Below are positions 25,883-27,016 of a DNA stretch of 27,016 bases, piece by piece. The position numbers and the translations under genes were made by a program. The stretch is from a bacterium (lineage in GTDB: Bacteria; BMS3Abin14), in contig CP070698.1 of NCBI GenBank assembly GCA_020349685.1, forward strand, positions 1,806,165 through 1,833,180, in the 5' to 3' direction. Below the pieces are notes generated by a model. It saw only the letters and a list, made by a program, of their open reading frames with translations. It did not search any database and was not told where the DNA came from. The stretch's first letter is position 1. Each line of letters starts with the position of its first letter.

Positions 25883-26317
25883 ATGCTAGACAGACTGAAG
25901 CCTGCAAAGGGTGCGGTCCAGAGCCGCAAGCGTGTCGGTCGCGGTCCGGGCAGCGGCCTGGGCAAGACCAGCGGCCGGGGCCACAACGGGCAGTTATCGC
26001 GGTCCGGCGGAAAGGTGAAGGCCGGATTCGAGGGTGGACAGATGCCTCTTCAAAGGCGCCTTCCCAAGCGCGGTTTTACCAACACCTTCCGCACTGAATA
26101 CACGGTGGTCAACCTTCGGGACCTGGCCCGGGTCGAGGATGTGGATGTCATCGATCCCGATCTGATGGTCAAGCTCAGGCTTGCCCGCAAGGGGATGCCG
26201 GTCAAGGTTCTGGCACAGGGAGATCTTTCCCGTGCCGTCACCATCAAGGCCCATAAAATAAGCGCATCGGCGGCCGCCAAGATCGAAAAGGCCGGCGGAA
26301 AAGTAGAGCTCATCTGA
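25883..26317 (+). CDS. rplO: 50S ribosomal protein L15 (uL15)
   Basis: [19 protein letters not shown] and [18 protein letters not shown]. Confidence 0.99.
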   Translation: MLDRLKPAKGAVQSRKRVGRGPGSGLGKTSGRGHNGQLSRSGGKVKAGFEGGQMPLQRRLPKRGFTNTFRTEYTVVNLRDLARVEDVDVIDPDLMVKLRLARKGMPVKVLAQGDLSRAVTIKAHKISASAAAKIEKAGGKVELI

Positions 26318-26327
26318 GGGGGAGCCA

Positions 26328-27016
26328 TTGATTTCCAGCCTGATGAACATCTTCAAGATCCCTGAGCTGAAAAGGCGTATCTTTTTCACTCTCGGCCTGC
26401 TGGCCATCTTCAGGGTGGGGGCTCACATCCCCACGCCTGGCATCGACGGCATAGCCCTGGGTGAGTTTTTCAGGCAGGCGGCAGGGACCCTGCTCGGCTT
26501 TTTCGACATGTTCGCGGGCGGTGCCCTGGAGAGGATGGCCATTTTCGCCCTCGGGATCATGCCCTACATCTCGGCCAGCATCATCATCCAGCTTCTGACC
26601 GTCGTTATCCCCCACCTTGAGAGGCTCTCCAAGGAAGGGGAGGCGGGAAGGCGCACGATCATCCGTTACACGCGATACGGGACCGTCGGCCTGGCCGCTT
26701 TCCAGAGCTTCGGGATCTCCATCGGTCTCGAGCAGATGACGAGCCCCGGTGGCGCAGCCATCGTTCCCGTTCCCGGTTGGGGTTTCCGGTTCATGACCGG
26801 TCTCACCATGACCGCCGGAACAGCCTTCATCATGTGGCTCGGCGAGCAGATAACAGAGCGAGGCATCGGGAACGGGATCTCCCTCATCATCTTCGCCGGT
26901 ATCGTAGCCAGGATGCCCACTGCCACAGGACAGACCTTCACTCTCCTGCGCACGGGTGAGATCTCGGCATTCATCATGCTCTTCGTCCTTGTCCTCATGG
27001 TGGCCGCGGTCGCCTT
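26328..27016 (+). CDS. secY: Preprotein translocase subunit SecY, 5' part (runs off window end)
   Basis: Hand translation from TTG26328: MISSLMNIFKIPELKRRIFFTLGLLAIFRVGAHIPTPGID...IFALGIMPYISASIIIQLL...WLGEQITERGIGNGISLIIFAGI. Absent from the ORF track because there is no stop in the window. Confidence 0.98.
   Translation, partial: MISSLMNIFKIPELKRRIFFTLGLLAIFRVGAHIPTPGIDGIALGEFFRQAAGTLLGFFDMFAGGALERMAIFALGIMPYISASIIIQLLTVVIPHLERLSKEGEAGRRTIIRYTRYGTVGLAAFQSFGISIGLEQMTSPGGAAIVPVPGWGFRFMTGLTMTAGTAFIMWLGEQITERGIGNGISLIIFAGIVARMPTATGQTFTLLRTGEISAFIMLFVLVLMVAAVA

Overview
This window is the core transcription/translation gene cluster of a GC-rich bacterium. The lineage looks deltaproteobacteria-like, inferred from the RNA polymerase insertions and protein style; the taxon is not determined. 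All genes are on the + strand: 3' end of tuf - rpmG - tRNA-Trp - secE - nusG - rplK - rplA - rplJ - rplL - rpoB - rpoC - rpsL - rpsG - fusA - tuf - rpsJ - rplD - rplW - rplB - rpsS - rplV - rpsC - rplP - rpmC - rpsQ - rplN - rplX - rplE - rpsN - rpsH - rplF - rplR - rpsE - rpmD - rplO - 5' part of secY. There are no accessory protein genes, transposases or CRISPR arrays, and I cannot support a new multi-gene system. The real anomalies are: (1) rplC (uL3) is cleanly absent from between rpsJ and rplD; (2) a ~160-210 nt four-hairpin element with compensatory base changes occurs twice, just upstream of rplK and of rplL; (3) a ~230-nt CTAG-bounded, inverted-repeat-rich insert lies between rpsE and rpmD; (4) several spacers carry period-7 repeats; (5) there are structured leaders, namely an L10 leader with an anti-SD, a long rpsL 5'UTR and a possibly hairpin-split fusA RBS. 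All alignments and folds were done by eye.
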